Of a stretch of DNA of 64,000 nucleotides, positions 23,744 to 37,225 are shown one piece after another. Position 1 is the stretch's first letter. Each line of letters starts with the position of its first letter. Where the stretch lies: assembly GCA_001244265.2 (NCBI GenBank), contig CDLV01000006.1, positions 1,798,001-1,862,000 of the forward strand, given 5' to 3'. Origin of the DNA: Microbotryum violaceum (lineage: Eukaryota). The notes beneath the pieces were generated by a model. It saw nothing but the letters and a program-made list of their open reading frames with translations. It had not been told where the DNA came from and ran no database searches. The translations under genes and the position numbers were made by a program.

Positions 23744-26159
23744 TTACTGTTGGTGGTGACCGCCCTCACCTTCCCCATGACCACCTTGTTCGCCGCGTTT
23801 GCCACCGCCGTTGCTGTTGGCGTTCTGTCGGTTCTTGGCAGGACACGGGTTCTTGATCCTTTCGTTCTTGTTTCCGTGGGTCTTGCCAGGTCCCTTTGGG
23901 TGAAGGAATGCCAAACGCCGCATCAATATCGCGGTGATGAGATGTCACAAACTCAGACAAAAACCTGAGCTCACTTTGTTGAAGTAGTGCTTCTTCCAGC
24001 TGCTTTGCTCAATGACAGGACTCTCGGGGTAATCGCCGGTGACGAAGCGCTTCTTCTCGTCGGCGCTGAGGATCCAAGGCGCCTGAATCCGATGACTCGG
24101 TACGTTCGCCAACTCGGGTAACCATGTCTTGATGTACGTTCCCAAAGGGTCGTAATCATTCGCTTGCTTGATCGGGTTGAACTGCCTCGACGCGCGAGGG
24201 TCGTTACCGACCCCACCAACGTACTGCCAATTACCGTAATTCGCCGTCGGCTCGTAGTCGACCAGATGCGATTCGAAAAATTCAGCGCCTAGACGCCAAT
24301 CGACTTGAAGGTCTTTGGTCAGGAACGAAGCGACGTTTTGACGACCTCGGTTCGACATGAAGCCCGAGCCTCGGAGTTCGGCCATGTTGGCGTCGATAAA
24401 GGGCACGCCCGTACGTCCTTCGAGCCAACGAATCGCCGGTTGATCACGCGGACCGTCGTTGTCAAGACTTTTCCACCATCCGGGCTTGGTTTTGATCTGC
24501 GCTTGCTTGGGGTCCGTCACGGACTCGAAACCACCGAGCGTGAAGAGCTTGGAGCCGTACTTGCGCGAGATGAACATGAAGTAGTCGCGCCACAGGATCT
24601 CGAACCGGACCCAGTACGTGTTTTGCGACGAACCGAACTTGGCCTCGTGTTCGTCCAGCGACTGCATCACCAGACGGGGGGACAGCATGCCAAAGCACAA
24701 GAAAGGCGAGAACTTGGTGCTGTACTCGTGGCCCAACAAGCCGTTGCGGGTCTCCTTGTAGCGCGCAACGGGGGGAGGCTTGCCTTGGTGGAAATACCAG
24801 TCCATACGTTTCAGCGCCGACGTCTCACCACCTGCAAATGGAAACGCGCTCTTGTCCGAGGGGGTGTGTGACGGTGCGGAGTACGCGGTCGCCGAGGAGC
24901 TATCGAGTGGCTTGAGCAAGTGCGGCAGGATCGCATCAACAGTGTTGCTCTTGTCGAACTTGTCGCCGTACCCGGGGAGCGGTGCTGAGTTCTGCTCCAG
25001 TGCCGGGAACGGCTTGAACTTGCTCAGCATCTCGAGCGGTGCGCGTCCGAGCTGTCCACGACCCTCAACACGCTTGCGGAAGGGCGTGAAGACGTCGGGG
25101 CACTCCTGGATTGAGAACGGAAGATCGCGGACGTCCAAAAGAGGGGACGTATCAAAGGTTTGCACCTGCACGCTGTTCTTGCCGAGGAGCTTGGCCGTTC
25201 GTCGCTCGACTGCCAGTTCTTCCGTGCAAAACTAACGGGTACAAGAGGGGGTGATCGCACGATGAGCGTCTACTCTGGATTATGCTTTGTGGAACATCAA
25301 TCAGGATATAAGTCTAACTTCTTTCTGCATCAACACCTTCTTGACTTCTGCGCCATCGTCCTGCAGCGACTGCACGATCTGCGCAATGACGTGTTCGGTC
25401 TGTCCAAAGCGCACGAGCAAATCCGAGTTGCGCTGCTGCAACGACTGTTTGAGGTCGTACACGGCTTCGGTGATGAACCTGCGGTAGAAACAAGATTAGA
25501 TTCCCAGTCCAGCAGCTCGGTTACTATGGATCGTGAGGCGATTTGAGACTTTAACATCGGCATCGCTGGGCATCGCCGATGACTGAATCGAGAGCGCAGC
25601 GTTTGCGAATCGCAATTGCCGTGAAAGATATGGCTCGCCTATGCTCGCACTCGATGCCCCAGTGGCGCATGATCTTCACGGGTATAACTACTGATTCCTC
25701 CTCTGTACATCACACAGTGTATTCTTCTCACTCACTTTGCTCTATAGACGCCTGTTCTCCAAAACTTGTAGATTCGGGTGCGCGCTTCGGGTCCCTGTCG
25801 CTGATAGTCAGGGAGCGCCGAAAGCTCGATCTGGCGCTCATCGAAGACGTAGAGCGGTAACAAATGCGTCACATCGGTGTTGTTTTGCGAGTGGGCGGCA
25901 TGGAACAGTGCTTGGTCGTGGATCCTGTCGGAGTAATTTCGTTGTGAAAGCTGTATCAGCTCCGAGAGCAAGGTTTTGCGCAGGCGGCGATGCGCCGACC
26001 TCCGAAAGCTCGGGGCGTCGACGTCACGCGATAAGCTGCAGCTCGCTGTGTCGGACGAGGCAAGCGACGTCTCCTTCCTATAAGGAGCTGGTATGGGACG
26101 ACAAGCGACACTCACCGCAAGTCATTGCGCATCAAAGCGACGATCACTTTTCTCGCCAT
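23744..26159 (-). CDS. Cryptochrome DASH (photolyase/cryptochrome family)
   Basis: VALMRNDLR|IHDQALF, LLPLYVFDERQIE, PDVFTPFRKRVE, GGETSALKRM, YKETRNGLLGHEYSTKFSPFL, FEILWRDY, GRTGVPFIDANMAELRGSGFMSNRGRQNVASFL, NYGNWQYVGGVGNDPR. The last exon is less certain. Confidence 0.93.
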
Positions 26160-26824
26160 CTTGTGCGGTCCTGCCCGGGTCGGAGCTGTAGTTGTATAGT
26201 GACGAGCTCCTCGTGAAGCAGGCAAGCAAGGGACCAGCGGTCGACCGCTTGCGACGACGGATCGGAGAGCAAACGTCGTGTTAGGTGGTGATCGGTTTCG
26301 AGACTATTTGGTGGTCGGAGAAAGCTGATTCCTCTGGCTTGGTGTGGACCAAGAGAAAGAGTGCTACCGGGTGGGCAGGCACACCAATAATCGCCTGCCC
26401 CGTCGGGTCGAGAGAGGTCGACAGACGAGGCCGCTACCGGGCAATTCGCAGCGCATGCGCGCGCGATGACCGGTGACGCGGTGACGGGTGACCGCACAGG
26501 ACAGGCTGCCTTGATAATCGCTGCGATCACTCGATCACTCGCAGACGATGCTGTCATGGAGGCCGATGGATACGTGACCTATTCGGGCTCTTATCGGATG
26601 TGAATTCGCCATGGCAGAGTTGTGCTTTGCGGCAGATAGTCAGGCAACATTAGTTCAGATCAGCTAGTCCTACCACGTCGTTCCTGTCGAGCCACCACCC
26701 TGTGCGAAGACGAGGTGATCGACGGGAGATCGGCGGCGTGCGCTTATCTCCGAGGCTTGACGAATCAACCCCCGCCTGTGAGATGAGGCCATCTCGGGTG
26801 ACGTGCTACGACAGTATCCATGCC

Positions 26825-27678
26825 TCAAATTCTGGGCAACCGAACCACCTTTTTACAATACACGTGCGGTGTGCCGGCCTGTAGGGGGTACAATCATTCG
26901 CGAGAGAGCGCAGAGAAACAAAAATTCAGTCCAATGCAATTTACCAGTTCCCGCAGATCGCGATTGAGGTGTCGACGCACCTCCTCATAAGGCTGCCCTT
27001 CGATTTCGTATCCGAGCCGAGTGTAGAATGATATGGCGGGCAACTGTGACGAAACGTTGATCGTGCATTCGGACTTGTCTCGATTTTCCACTCCAGCTCG
27101 GCCTTCACGGCTCTTGAGGTGGTCCTCCAATCCCAACACCAGGATTCGTCCTGAAAGGTAGGGCCATTCGACGCGACAGCATGTTTTCTGAGTTCGAGAC
27201 GTCTTGTTGTACAAGCTCGGGATCAAGACTCCACTCGGATCCGGCTGAACTCACCACCTCCAGTGCCGCGATACGCCTTGCTCACGGCGACCCGTCCCAG
27301 TTTACACGTCGTCGCTATCCATCGGGCGACACCAGCAACCTCTTCCGTCTCCTGGTCGATGAGCAAGAGTTGATCCGAGACATCGTCCTTCCTGAAGAAT
27401 GGGTCAAAGGCCAGTGGCCGAACGTGCGTCGGCATTGCTCGCTCCACCGGCGGGAACGATCCAGGGTGCATTGCAGGAATCACGTGGCCGTTTCAGGAGA
27501 CTCACCCGTCCCTCTCGATCAGTAACGAGTAGCCTTGTTCCACGCAGAAAACATTGTACCGCAGCGCAGTGGCCTTGGCCAAGTCCTCGGGAGTTCGGGC
27601 GAGTCGGACCGAAAACTGCTTAGACCCGGATGATGTGGGTGTCACTGTTGAAGGAGCTGCCTCGTTGGTGGTCATCAT
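26825..27678 (-). CDS. GNAT-family N-acetyltransferase (ElaA/YjcF-like)
   Basis: ALRYNVFCVEQGY..ERDG|KDDVSDQLLL...KLGRVAVSKAYRGTGGG|RILV...SQLPAISFYTRLGYEIEGQPYEE|AGTPHVYCKK. Confidence 0.85.
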
Positions 27679-27993
27679 AGACTTTGTGCTCGATTCTAGA
27701 GTGCTCAGGTCCAACCCCGTGTCGGATCGTTGCAGAGCCGGGGCGGTGGTGGTGGATGGGAGAGAGAGAGCGCGAGACGGGCGTCGCGCCGTCTTGGGGG
27801 AAGGGCCGAGGAGAGGACTACATGTGCCTACAAGCTCCCTTTAGTATCCACTATGAGTCGAGCACCTCGCTCATAAACCCCCAAGTTTGTCTCATCTGAC
27901 ACAGCCAAGTCTCAGCGAACCAGATACCGTGGTCCTAGTGTGCACTACGTTGCAAGATAATTGCACAACGAAACCTCGAAGAAAGGATGCCGT

Positions 27994-30900
27994 CTACAAC
28001 TTGAGCCTAACTCCACTAACTCCACTCGGCCCTCCAGCGTCGTCGTCACCACCTTCAGACCGCTTCCTCTTCTTGCCGTTGACGGCCTCGACCTTTTCCC
28101 CCCCTTTACCCAACACCGTCACGCCCTTTTGACCGACGAGCATCTGTGTCGCCATCTCCTTGTCCTTCTTGGCCCCCTTGGCCCCCTTGGACTCCTTGAT
28201 CCTCTCGACTTGCTCGGCCATCGCGGCCCGGGCCTTGCGTCGCTTTTGTCGCGCTGCCTTCTTCTGCGCCGGGGTGAAGTCGCTACGGTCCTCGTTCGTC
28301 GGATCGGGTACAAACACCTCTTCGGGCGCCAACATGGAAGTCGCTTTTTGCGTTGGGGGTAGAGCTGACTCGAGGGATAGACTTGGTGCGTTGGTGATGG
28401 TCGAGATGGTCGATTTCGGGGGCTTAGGGGTGAAGCGCGCGTTCGACAGGGCGTCGAGTTTGGCCGCGAGGTCATCGAACAGCTGTTCAATCTCTTGATG
28501 CTTGGCTTCGAGAGCAGCATCCATCTCGTGCACGACCTTCTCCCCCGTCTCCTTGGCCCTCGCCGATTGGTAGTCGTCCTCGTAAATCTCAGCAAGCGAC
28601 TTGTTCGACTTGGTGTCTTGCAATTCCATGAAACGAGAGGGCAAGAAGGCGTGAGGGTCGACCGCTCTCCGTCGTTCGACATCGTCGAACTGATTGTCGA
28701 GGATACGCTTCTTGATCAAATCTTCAATCGACTTGGTCGTTTCTTCCGTGATAACGGGCACGACCTTGCCCATGCGTTCGAATTCGAGATCCTCCTCGAG
28801 CAGACTGTTCGCCGGGCGATTGCGAGCTTGAGCTTCACCGAGCGTTGCCCATTTCTTCGGCCCAACGTTCTCAGCTTCGAGCGAGGCGATTTGAGACGAG
28901 AGTTGCAGCAACCGTCGCTCGTGTCGTGACAGCTTTTCACCTACAAGGAGCGGAAAGGTTAAGCTCCAGCACAGGACGACGGGAGTTCTGTCATGAATAA
29001 CCCACCTTTGGACTCGCCCTCGACCTCGTCATCCTCGTCATCGTCAAAGAGCGATGAAGAGACGCGTTGCATCGTCGCTTGTTCCTCCAACTGACTCTCT
29101 TCCTCTTCATCTTCCTCATCGTCCTCGCCCTCCTCTTCTTCGCCTTCCTCTCCTTCTTCATCCTCGTCCATCTCTCCATCGTCTACACTTCCCTCCTTAT
29201 CCTTATCGTCTTCATCATTCTCTTCCATTTCCATCCCTCGCTCACTTTCTTTCAGCTGTTCAAAAGCGATTACGGCCTTATCATACCCTAACGCCTCGAC
29301 CAACTTGGCGAACCGCCCCCCTCTTGACGGGATCAGCTTGACCTTGACCTTGTCCGCAAACTTGACCCGGTCAGTGCCCTTGCCTTTGTCCTCCCCAGCC
29401 GCGGCGTCCCCGTTCGCCGTCGGTATGGGGTTCGTGACGATGGTAATGGTAGAAGCCTTGACTTCGTTCGCTTTCCACTTCCCCTTCTCCTTGGGCTTGT
29501 CATCTCTTGGCCCCGACCCTCCTCCCTTCTTGCCGTCCTTCTTACCGCCCAGAGGTCTCGACGGCGGATCGAAAAAGTCGGAATACATGATCCCCGCAAC
29601 ATCGAGATCCTCTTCCTCTTTGTCCTCGTCTTCATCGTCCTCGTCTTTATCCGCGCCGTCGACAGGTGCAAAGAGGTCAAAGTTGTCCATTTGATCGTCC
29701 CCGTCGTCCGAGTCGGCTTCGCCTCGGATCATGCGGTCCATCTCGGCTTCGCCCTCGTCGACGTGTTGATGGAAGTCGTGGAGCGAGAAAAAGGCGTCGT
29801 CGACGGCAGAAGCGGGGCCGGTTCTATTCAAGGAATGGGAACCTTAGTCGATACGAATTCGTCTCTAGCAAGATATTCACTTGAACCCACCTTTTTGGCC
29901 CCTTGCTCTTCCTCCCCGGTCTATCGAAGTTCTCCAACGACAACTGTTTGGTCTCGTCCGCTTCGGGATCCTCGTCCTCCTCTTGTGCGTGTTCAGGCAG
30001 CTCGGTCTCCTCCCCTCCTCGAATGATGTAGGTATTGGGCCATCCCGGCGTAGGCTTGCCGAGATCGGCTTCGAAAGGTTCCATCTCGACGAAACGCTCG
30101 ACGGCGAGTTCATCCTCGGTGTCTTGGGATTCAGCATCATCGTCTTCTTCTTCATCATTGTCGTCCTCGTAGGATCCTTCGCCATCCGGGTCTTCATCTT
30201 CTTCCTCGTCTTCGTCCCCTTCCTCTTCATCACTCCCCTCTCCCCGATCGTACCTGTAAAAAGCACTCATGTCAAAGTCGTCCTCTCCGTCGATCCCCGC
30301 GTTCAAAGCGTTTTCGTCCGAATCCTCTTCCTGCTCCTGCTCCTGCTCCTGCTCCTCCTCTTCACCTTCACCTTCCTCTTCCTCCCTCCCTTCACCACCA
30401 AACATCTCCTGCAGCACCTCATCGACGACCGAATTACGCATCTCGATCTGTTCCCAAATCATCTCCGGTTCCATACCCCGAGTCGTCAATTCGGACAACG
30501 GCGTCGGAGGGAGGATCGTCTCCGCCTTGAGGCGCTCGGGTTCTTGGACTTGTGATGAACGAGACTTGGATCGGGTTGAAGGTGCGGAGGATGGGGTGAG
30601 GGAGGTGATGAGGGTCGAGAGATGAGGGAAGGCAGAGGCTTCCGAAGTGAGGGCTGGGGGAGATGAGCGGGGTGAAATAATCGAAATAATCGAGCATGAG
30701 TTGACAGCCTTCCTTGCCATTTTTCAGTGGGCGGTTAGAATCTCGTCAACTCTATCATGATCCGTCGAGTGCGCAATGCCACACCCGACCCGACCCATTG
30801 CGAACCACTCCCGGTCACAAAAGCGAGACTCGGACTCGGGACCCGCCCGCAAAGTCATCCCCGACTCGTCTGTTGCGCTCTCTCAAACCCACCACACCCG

Positions 30901-31097
30901 CGACCCGCGACCCGCGACCCGCGACCCGCACCCCACTCACCTCGATCAAATCCCATCTTGAGCGCATCCTCGCACTTGGCTCTCAACTCAACATCCTCCA
31001 ACCCCTCGACGAAGAGGTGCGCTCGTTCGGTCAGCGCCGCGGCGAGTGCGATGATGGAATCGGCGTACGCGGACGCCTCGAGGGGGAGGGAGGGCAT
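27994..31097 (-). CDS. MPP10: U3 snoRNP / SSU processome protein Mpp10
   Basis: EMIWEQIEMRN, acidic tracts, VDDAFFSLHDF, IMYSDFFDPP, LEAENVGPKKWATLGEA..RPANSLLEEDLEF, IEDLIKKRIL, KSLAEIYEDDY, LDALSNARFTPKP, LAPEEVF, RLKL*. An in-frame upstream exon from ATG 31279 is possible. Confidence 0.93.
30898..30929. repeat. 7-bp tandem repeat (CCCGCGA) x4 in an MPP10 intron
   Basis: Read directly. Confidence 0.85.
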
Positions 31098-31767
31098 CGT
31101 CGGCCCCTTGTCGGGAGGCAGGGATCTGGTGCGAAGTAACCTTCGAGTTCAAGCTTGGCCCAATCTTTTAAAGCGGTGAGACGACCAACGCGGGGGTGCG
31201 AGTCGAGTAGGAGGCTGATGAGAGAGGAGAGCGAGAGCGGCGAATGAACCCACCGCGCGAAGCTTCGCAGCTCGAACATTATTGAGCGCTAAAGCGAGCT
31301 AAAGGAGCTAAAGCGCTAATGAGGCTAAAGCGCTAATGAGCCATGAGCGCGTGAGCCAAGACGACCCACCGACTTTTCCAAAGGGTTTTTAAGTATCAAT
31401 ATTCATTGAAATCTATCAAATAGAAAAATAAAAAATAAAGGACGGTCAATGTGCGGCCGGCGATTGTCAGCGGCGAGCTCGGCCCGAGCACGCTCGGCGG
31501 GCGCATCTCGTCGAGACTGCTCAGAGCGTTAATCTCATCGCACGTCTTGCGGTGTATCGGGGCCCATATCATCCGGAGCTCTTGGTATACCCTCGTTTCA
31601 CGCTCTCTTCACCTCTCAACTCGAACCGATAGCCCATAGGTAGGGAATAGCCAAGTCCAATCGATTCGGCAACGAGCAGCTTGAGAACTACCACCCGAGA
31701 GCGCTGATGCAACAACCGACGACCACCAAAAGAAAGAACTAGAGACAAAAAGAAGACGTTTCTTGCT

Positions 31768-32493
31768 TTAAAGTCGGTCACGCTTCCACGAACCACCCTC
31801 GAACCTGTAGGAGGAGATCGATTTGAAATCAAGCCAGGTTTGCGTGTTGAGAAAGGACAGTCAGCTTGGTGCGAAGCGATCGATTGAACTGTCAAAAGAA
31901 GACTGGAGATCTTGTACTCACTTCTGGTTGACGGCGTGCAGCTTGGTGTTCTGGTCCGGCTTGACCGAGTTCCAGGGCTCGGGGTTGCCTCGCTTGTCCC
32001 AGACCACGTCGGGGTCTGGAGAGCGAAGAGAACGGGAACGCATGAGCATCGTCGACATTGGATCAAGCGCAAAAAGGAAGCATGATAAACTCACGACGCA
32101 TCAAGTGGGTCAGGTCTGGATGAAAGGGCAAGATGGGTAGTTGGTGTGAGATCAGCGATCTAGTCCGAGGCGGCATTTGGCCTGTGAGAGGGGTCCACTC
32201 ACACCATCCGGCACCGGCGCAAGCGATACCAACAACGGCGTCTATATATTTTTGAAACAAAAGGTGGTCAGTATACGGTCTCCTCACGCCATGTCATCCC
32301 GTCCCGCCACTACGGGAATGGCGTCCCCCGTCCCCAGCCGGGAGGCGCATCTCCTGACGTTCAATACGGCCAGCGTGACTGCCCAGCCATGAAGCGACGA
32401 CGGATTGAGAAACGCACAGATGGGGATGGCCGCGGGCTCATACCAGATCTTGGCGGTGTTACGGAACGACGAAGCTCCTCGTGCGACGACCAT
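31768..32493 (-). CDS. NDUFA4/MLRQ-family mitochondrial subunit
   Basis: Five exons give MVVARGASSFRNTAKIWYEPAAIPI|YAVVGIACAGAGW|YLTHLMR|HPDVVWDKRGNPEPWNSVKPDQNTKLHAVNQK|FEGGSWKRDRL*. PDVVWD..NPEPWN is the MLRQ signature. Confidence 0.88.
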
Positions 32494-33173
32494 GGTGTAT
32501 TCGAGATTAAGCGGGTTGCTTGGGGCTGAAGGGAATGATATGAGGAACAAGGTGTGTAAATGAAGGTTTGGAATGCGTTGTGTCAGTTGGCAGTCAGCTG
32601 TGATCCCGAGGAGGTGACAACTCACAACTGGGAATTGGGTTGGCGGCGGATGTTGTGCGGTTGGCGAAGGAGACGCGAGCCGGCTGGCGCGCACGGGCGC
32701 ATCCGCACTGCCGCACTGCCGCAGCGCGCGGGCGGAGGCTGGCGGAGGCGGGCGGGCCTGGGCGGGCTCGGGCGGGCTGGATTTCGAGGCGAAGCGACAC
32801 CAGTAGGCTAGTAGGCCCTTCGCCACTGGGGTTCTTGGGAGAAGCGCCGGTGGCGATCTCTCAAATGGCATCTAAAAGTTTCGTGAATTTGAATCTCACA
32901 CCGAGCACAACAGAATTGCAGCCAATTTCGAGACAGGCTGGAGATGTTGAGGATGTTGGTATTGGCACAAGGAGCCGGGAAGACTCGGACGGACTAGGGA
33001 CCTGGAGCGGGGCGCGAACGGGCAAACAAGATGGGTGATGGACCAAGGAGAAGTAAATAAGGGCAACAAGGTAGTAAAGATATGGCAACACATATCATAA
33101 TATGCGGATAAGGCCCCAACACAAAAATCCGAGAAAGTCTGCATTGTGGAACGATTTATTGGCTGCCGATTGC

Positions 33174-36100
33174 TTAATGACCCCTCTCTTTGAGCAACGA
33201 CAGCGCCGAGTTGGATCGCAAGACGGCCATGTTCTGTTCGGAGAAGCACGTTGATAGGAGGCGTCAGCGGCGCGGCTCGTGAGTCAACTTGGGCGTACGA
33301 GTCGAAACTTACCTGGAGGGACACCTTGCCCTTGGTCTTCTTGAGCGACAACTCGAGGTTCTTTCCCGACATGACTTTCTCAAAATGCTCGCGCGCCTTA
33401 GAGAATTGCCCCATCGAGTCGTACAGGCGACCTAGCTCGTAGTCTGTCGACAAAAGGAAGCGTCAGCGCCTGAAAGTACTATAAGCTTTTACGTGACACG
33501 TAATCATTCACTCACGGGTGAACCAAACGAGGTGGTGGTCGTGTTGCAGATCGCGCCCGTGCTTGAGGACGTTGTTGAACGAGATGAGCGCCTGCTCGTC
33601 CGCCTCCTTGACCGGGATCTGCGACTTTCTAGGTCGCGGATCGACATGCGGTTGAGGGTGCGCGATGAAGTGCAGGACAATACCGCGGAGCAGGTGCGCA
33701 AGGCAGTAGTCTATGGCGCCACGAAAGAGGATCAGCAATCCCTTCCGTTCGAGCTCTCAGAACGGTAAAGTGGACTGACCATCCCAGAATTCGTCACCAT
33801 TCCCGTATCGACTAGGGTCCTTGACTTGATGAAGGTCGGACAACACGGTGGAAATCTGGTCAAGGTGGACCTCGAAGAGGTTGAAGCTAGCATATCGCAT
33901 CTAGGGTCAGTCTCGCGTTGACGGACGCGCTTTCGCTCCTCGACACGAGCGGGCACTCACCGAGGCGAAAGACCCAAGCAGTTTAGGACGTAGGCCAGCT
34001 CAATACCAGGCAAGCAAAGGTGATTGCCTTGTGCGACATACTTGCGAGAACGACGAGCAACGAATTTCTGGAAGATCGTTTGGGTAGCGCGTTAGGTGAG
34101 GGGCAACCACGCAAATAGTTACCCTCGCCGCTAGACTGACCTCGAGAGGGATACTTTTGCCGGCGATGCGTTGCATCAGGTCAGGGACGCCTTTCATGAT
34201 CTTGTTCGCCTTGGCAATATCTTGCCCTTGCTCGTAAATCGACGTCGCCTACGACATAGGGGAATTTTGATGCGTCAGTGTCGGCACCACCACGAGGCAA
34301 TCAGACGGAGGCTCACCTTGGCATAGGCGTAGATAGCCTTGGACCAGTTCGATTCCTTGTCGAGGATGTTGAAGCATTCGTAACCCTTGATCCAGTCTCC
34401 ACTCGCGAGAGAGACAAGTCCAAGGTCCCAGTAGCAAATGTGACCGAGTTGAATGTATTCTCGCTGCGCCGCAATGGCCAAGTGAAAAGATTTGACCGCC
34501 GACTCGAGCTGCGTCTCGGTGGAATGAAGCCGACCGGCGAAGTAGAGGAAGAAGATGCCGTTCGGGTACCGGTCAAGGTTGTAGTGGAGAATGTGCGCTG
34601 CAGTCGGGACGTCAACGCCACCCACGGGAAGATAGTTGGCAATGACCAAGTGGTGCATCAGCAGGACCATGTCGCAAATGGGGCGACGGATTCCTTCTTG
34701 CTCAGGCGGCATCCCCGGTTCGGCCGTGCGAGGCTTCCATCGACCACCGAGCATGAGCGTCTTGAGCGCATACTCGCGGTCGCCCGTGAAGCCGAACACG
34801 GTCATGATCTTGAGCACGGCACTCGGCAAGAGCGAGAGGATAAGCGAGATCAAACCGTTGCCGAGGTAGACGCCGGATCGGAAATCCTCGTCGATGGAAT
34901 CGTCGTGGCCGCCAGCGGACTGGTCCATCGCCTCCACGTAGGCCGCCAGGGTTCGGTAGATGGCATAGGCGTTACGCATATTCAGGGCTTCCTTGAGGAC
35001 TGTGGTTTGTGATCACGAAAGAGTGGTGTCAACAGCTAGCATAACGGGAGACGCAAAGACTGCCTAGCTTACATGCGACAAAGTCGCCCGAGTAGATGAT
35101 ACCCAGGACGGCCTGTCGTTGAAAAACGGCACGCAATCATTAGGATCGATAACAACGACACGGGGAGTTCAAAGCAACAATACTCCCCTTCAACAACGTG
35201 CATTCACTGAAGACAAGCTCCGCGTGTCGCTGTACAGGCGTCATGGCCTTGATGGAGCTGACCGAGGTCGAGCCCTTGGCGAGGCGGCCGACATTCTCGA
35301 ACAGGCCGTGGTCCTTCTTGCGCAGCAGTTGGGCAATAAGGATCGAATCCTGCAGTCCGAGAAGCAATGCAATATCTGGTCAGGGAGCGAAAGAGGGTGT
35401 TCAGGAAGTAAGGCAACTCGGACCGAGAGCCCCAGACATACCTTGCAGCAAGAGATCGCAGCTTCAAGATCTTCAGGCTCAAAGGTGGCGAGAGACTTGA
35501 TCGATTGAATGAGCGCATATCCGACGGCGTAGTACAAGCGGTTGTCGCATGCGGCCAAGCAAATGTCCTGTGTTTGTGTAGACGGTCAGCAAGCAAATCT
35601 TAAGCTAGCTCGGGCTCGAAGCAGCGCGAAGCCCCAAAACCCACCTCTGCTTCGATCATGCGGCTGGACATGAACAGATGCATCGCTTTCCAAACGGTTG
35701 CGATATCCTGAAAGCCCAACATACCGACATCAGTACCTCGAATAGAATGCGAGGCTACACGCGATCATGTGGGGTGACTTAACCTCCTTGACATCTGACT
35801 CCTGGAGCGCAACATCGTCCGAAGTCAACGAGGAAAGCGGTTTGCCGAGCTTGGGGCGCAACTTGACGTCCTTCTCCATCGCTTCGGTCGCTAGCTTGGC
35901 CGCACGACTCATGTTCTGTCGTTTGGCCGGATTCTTGGCCTCACTGGAATTGACCTTGTTGCGTTGACTCGGGCCTCGCTTCTGTGGTTCAGCGGCTCGC
36001 TTTGGCGGTGCATCCGAATCGTCAGAGTCGTACGAGTTGGTTCCGGCGGCAACAGGAGCGCCTTTGACCGGGTGAGCGTACTCGTCGTCGGTCGAAACCT

Positions 36101-36676
36101 CCTCTGCATATTCGTCGTCATTCTCGTTGCCAGCCTTGCTGGTACTACGCTTGATATTGTTGGACTTGGCCGAGCCGAAGGTGGTCTTGCCTCGGAGAGC
36201 GGCGCCTCGCTTGGGTGCATCATCCTCACTTTCCTCCGAGTTGTGTTCGGATGCGCTGTCTTCTTCTTCGGACTCAGAGGTCACGGCGGGTTTGGGCAAA
36301 CGGGCGGCACCGGCACCGCCGTTGGACTTGTTCGAGAGGGAGCGCGACAGGGAGGCCCCACCCCCGCTTCGATCGTTCTCGAGCGACAACAGGCGGGAGT
36401 TGGGCGAGGCCGAACCGGCGAAAGAAGCTGTCAGGTCCGAAGCCTTGACCTTGCCTCCTCTTGAAGATGCACTGTGGGACGTGGACCGTACAACATGGTA
36501 CGGGGCAAGCGCAAAACTTAGCTGCCGGCTGCACGAGCTCGGGTGGGGAAAACGGAGATGGAGCCTGCTGCTCACCTGAGGAGAGAAGCCGAGGTTGCCG
36601 ACGAGGTGTCGGACGTACCTCCGACCGAAGACGACGACGATACACTGCGACTCTTGTTGCGTTTGAGCAATGGCAT
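33174..36676 (-). CDS. IML2: Iml2/TTC39-family TPR protein
   Basis: HAELVFSECTLLK|AVLGIIYSGD, DEDFRSGVYLGNGLISLILSLLPSAVLKIMTVFGFTGDRE, YPNGIFFLYFAGR, ESNWSKAIYAY, RIAGKSIPLE|KFVARRSRKY; disordered N-terminus. One intron has a non-canonical donor. Confidence 0.9.
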
Positions 36677-37225
36677 TTTGTGAGCTTGCTGGATGAAGAA
36701 GGGCAAGAGATGGAAAGAAGGCAGGCGGGGAGAGGGAGACGGGAGGAACGGTCACGGACGACCGTACTTTGGCGCCAATCTCCGCGACAAACGCTCTCAA
36801 GCGCCAAAAAGTCGCCGCCCGTTCGCCGAGGCCGTTCAACGTTCAACGGCCAGTTCGTATACAATCAACTTCAAGTCGGTGCTAATAGGCCGTCGCACCT
36901 GGCGGTTCCGGTTGGGTGGCGGGTCTACATTCGTTAGGCGGTGATGTAACACATGTTATGCTCTCAAGCCACAGCGCTTTTCTAAGAGGAATAGATGTCT
37001 AACAGAGCAGCAAGTGTGCGGCAGCACGGACTACGGCCGGAGCTCACCGGCCGCCCGGCCGCAAGCGCCGGCGGCGCTGTTGCCCCGGGCCAATTCGCAC
37101 CAGTCAGAGCACTACGCGGACGGCGGGGCACCACAGCGGGGAAGTCGACCGAGCCGCCCGGTCCGTCGTCGGTCGCAATGAGTGTCTGTGCATCGGTATC
37201 TGCAACCGGCACAGACCCTCTCAAA

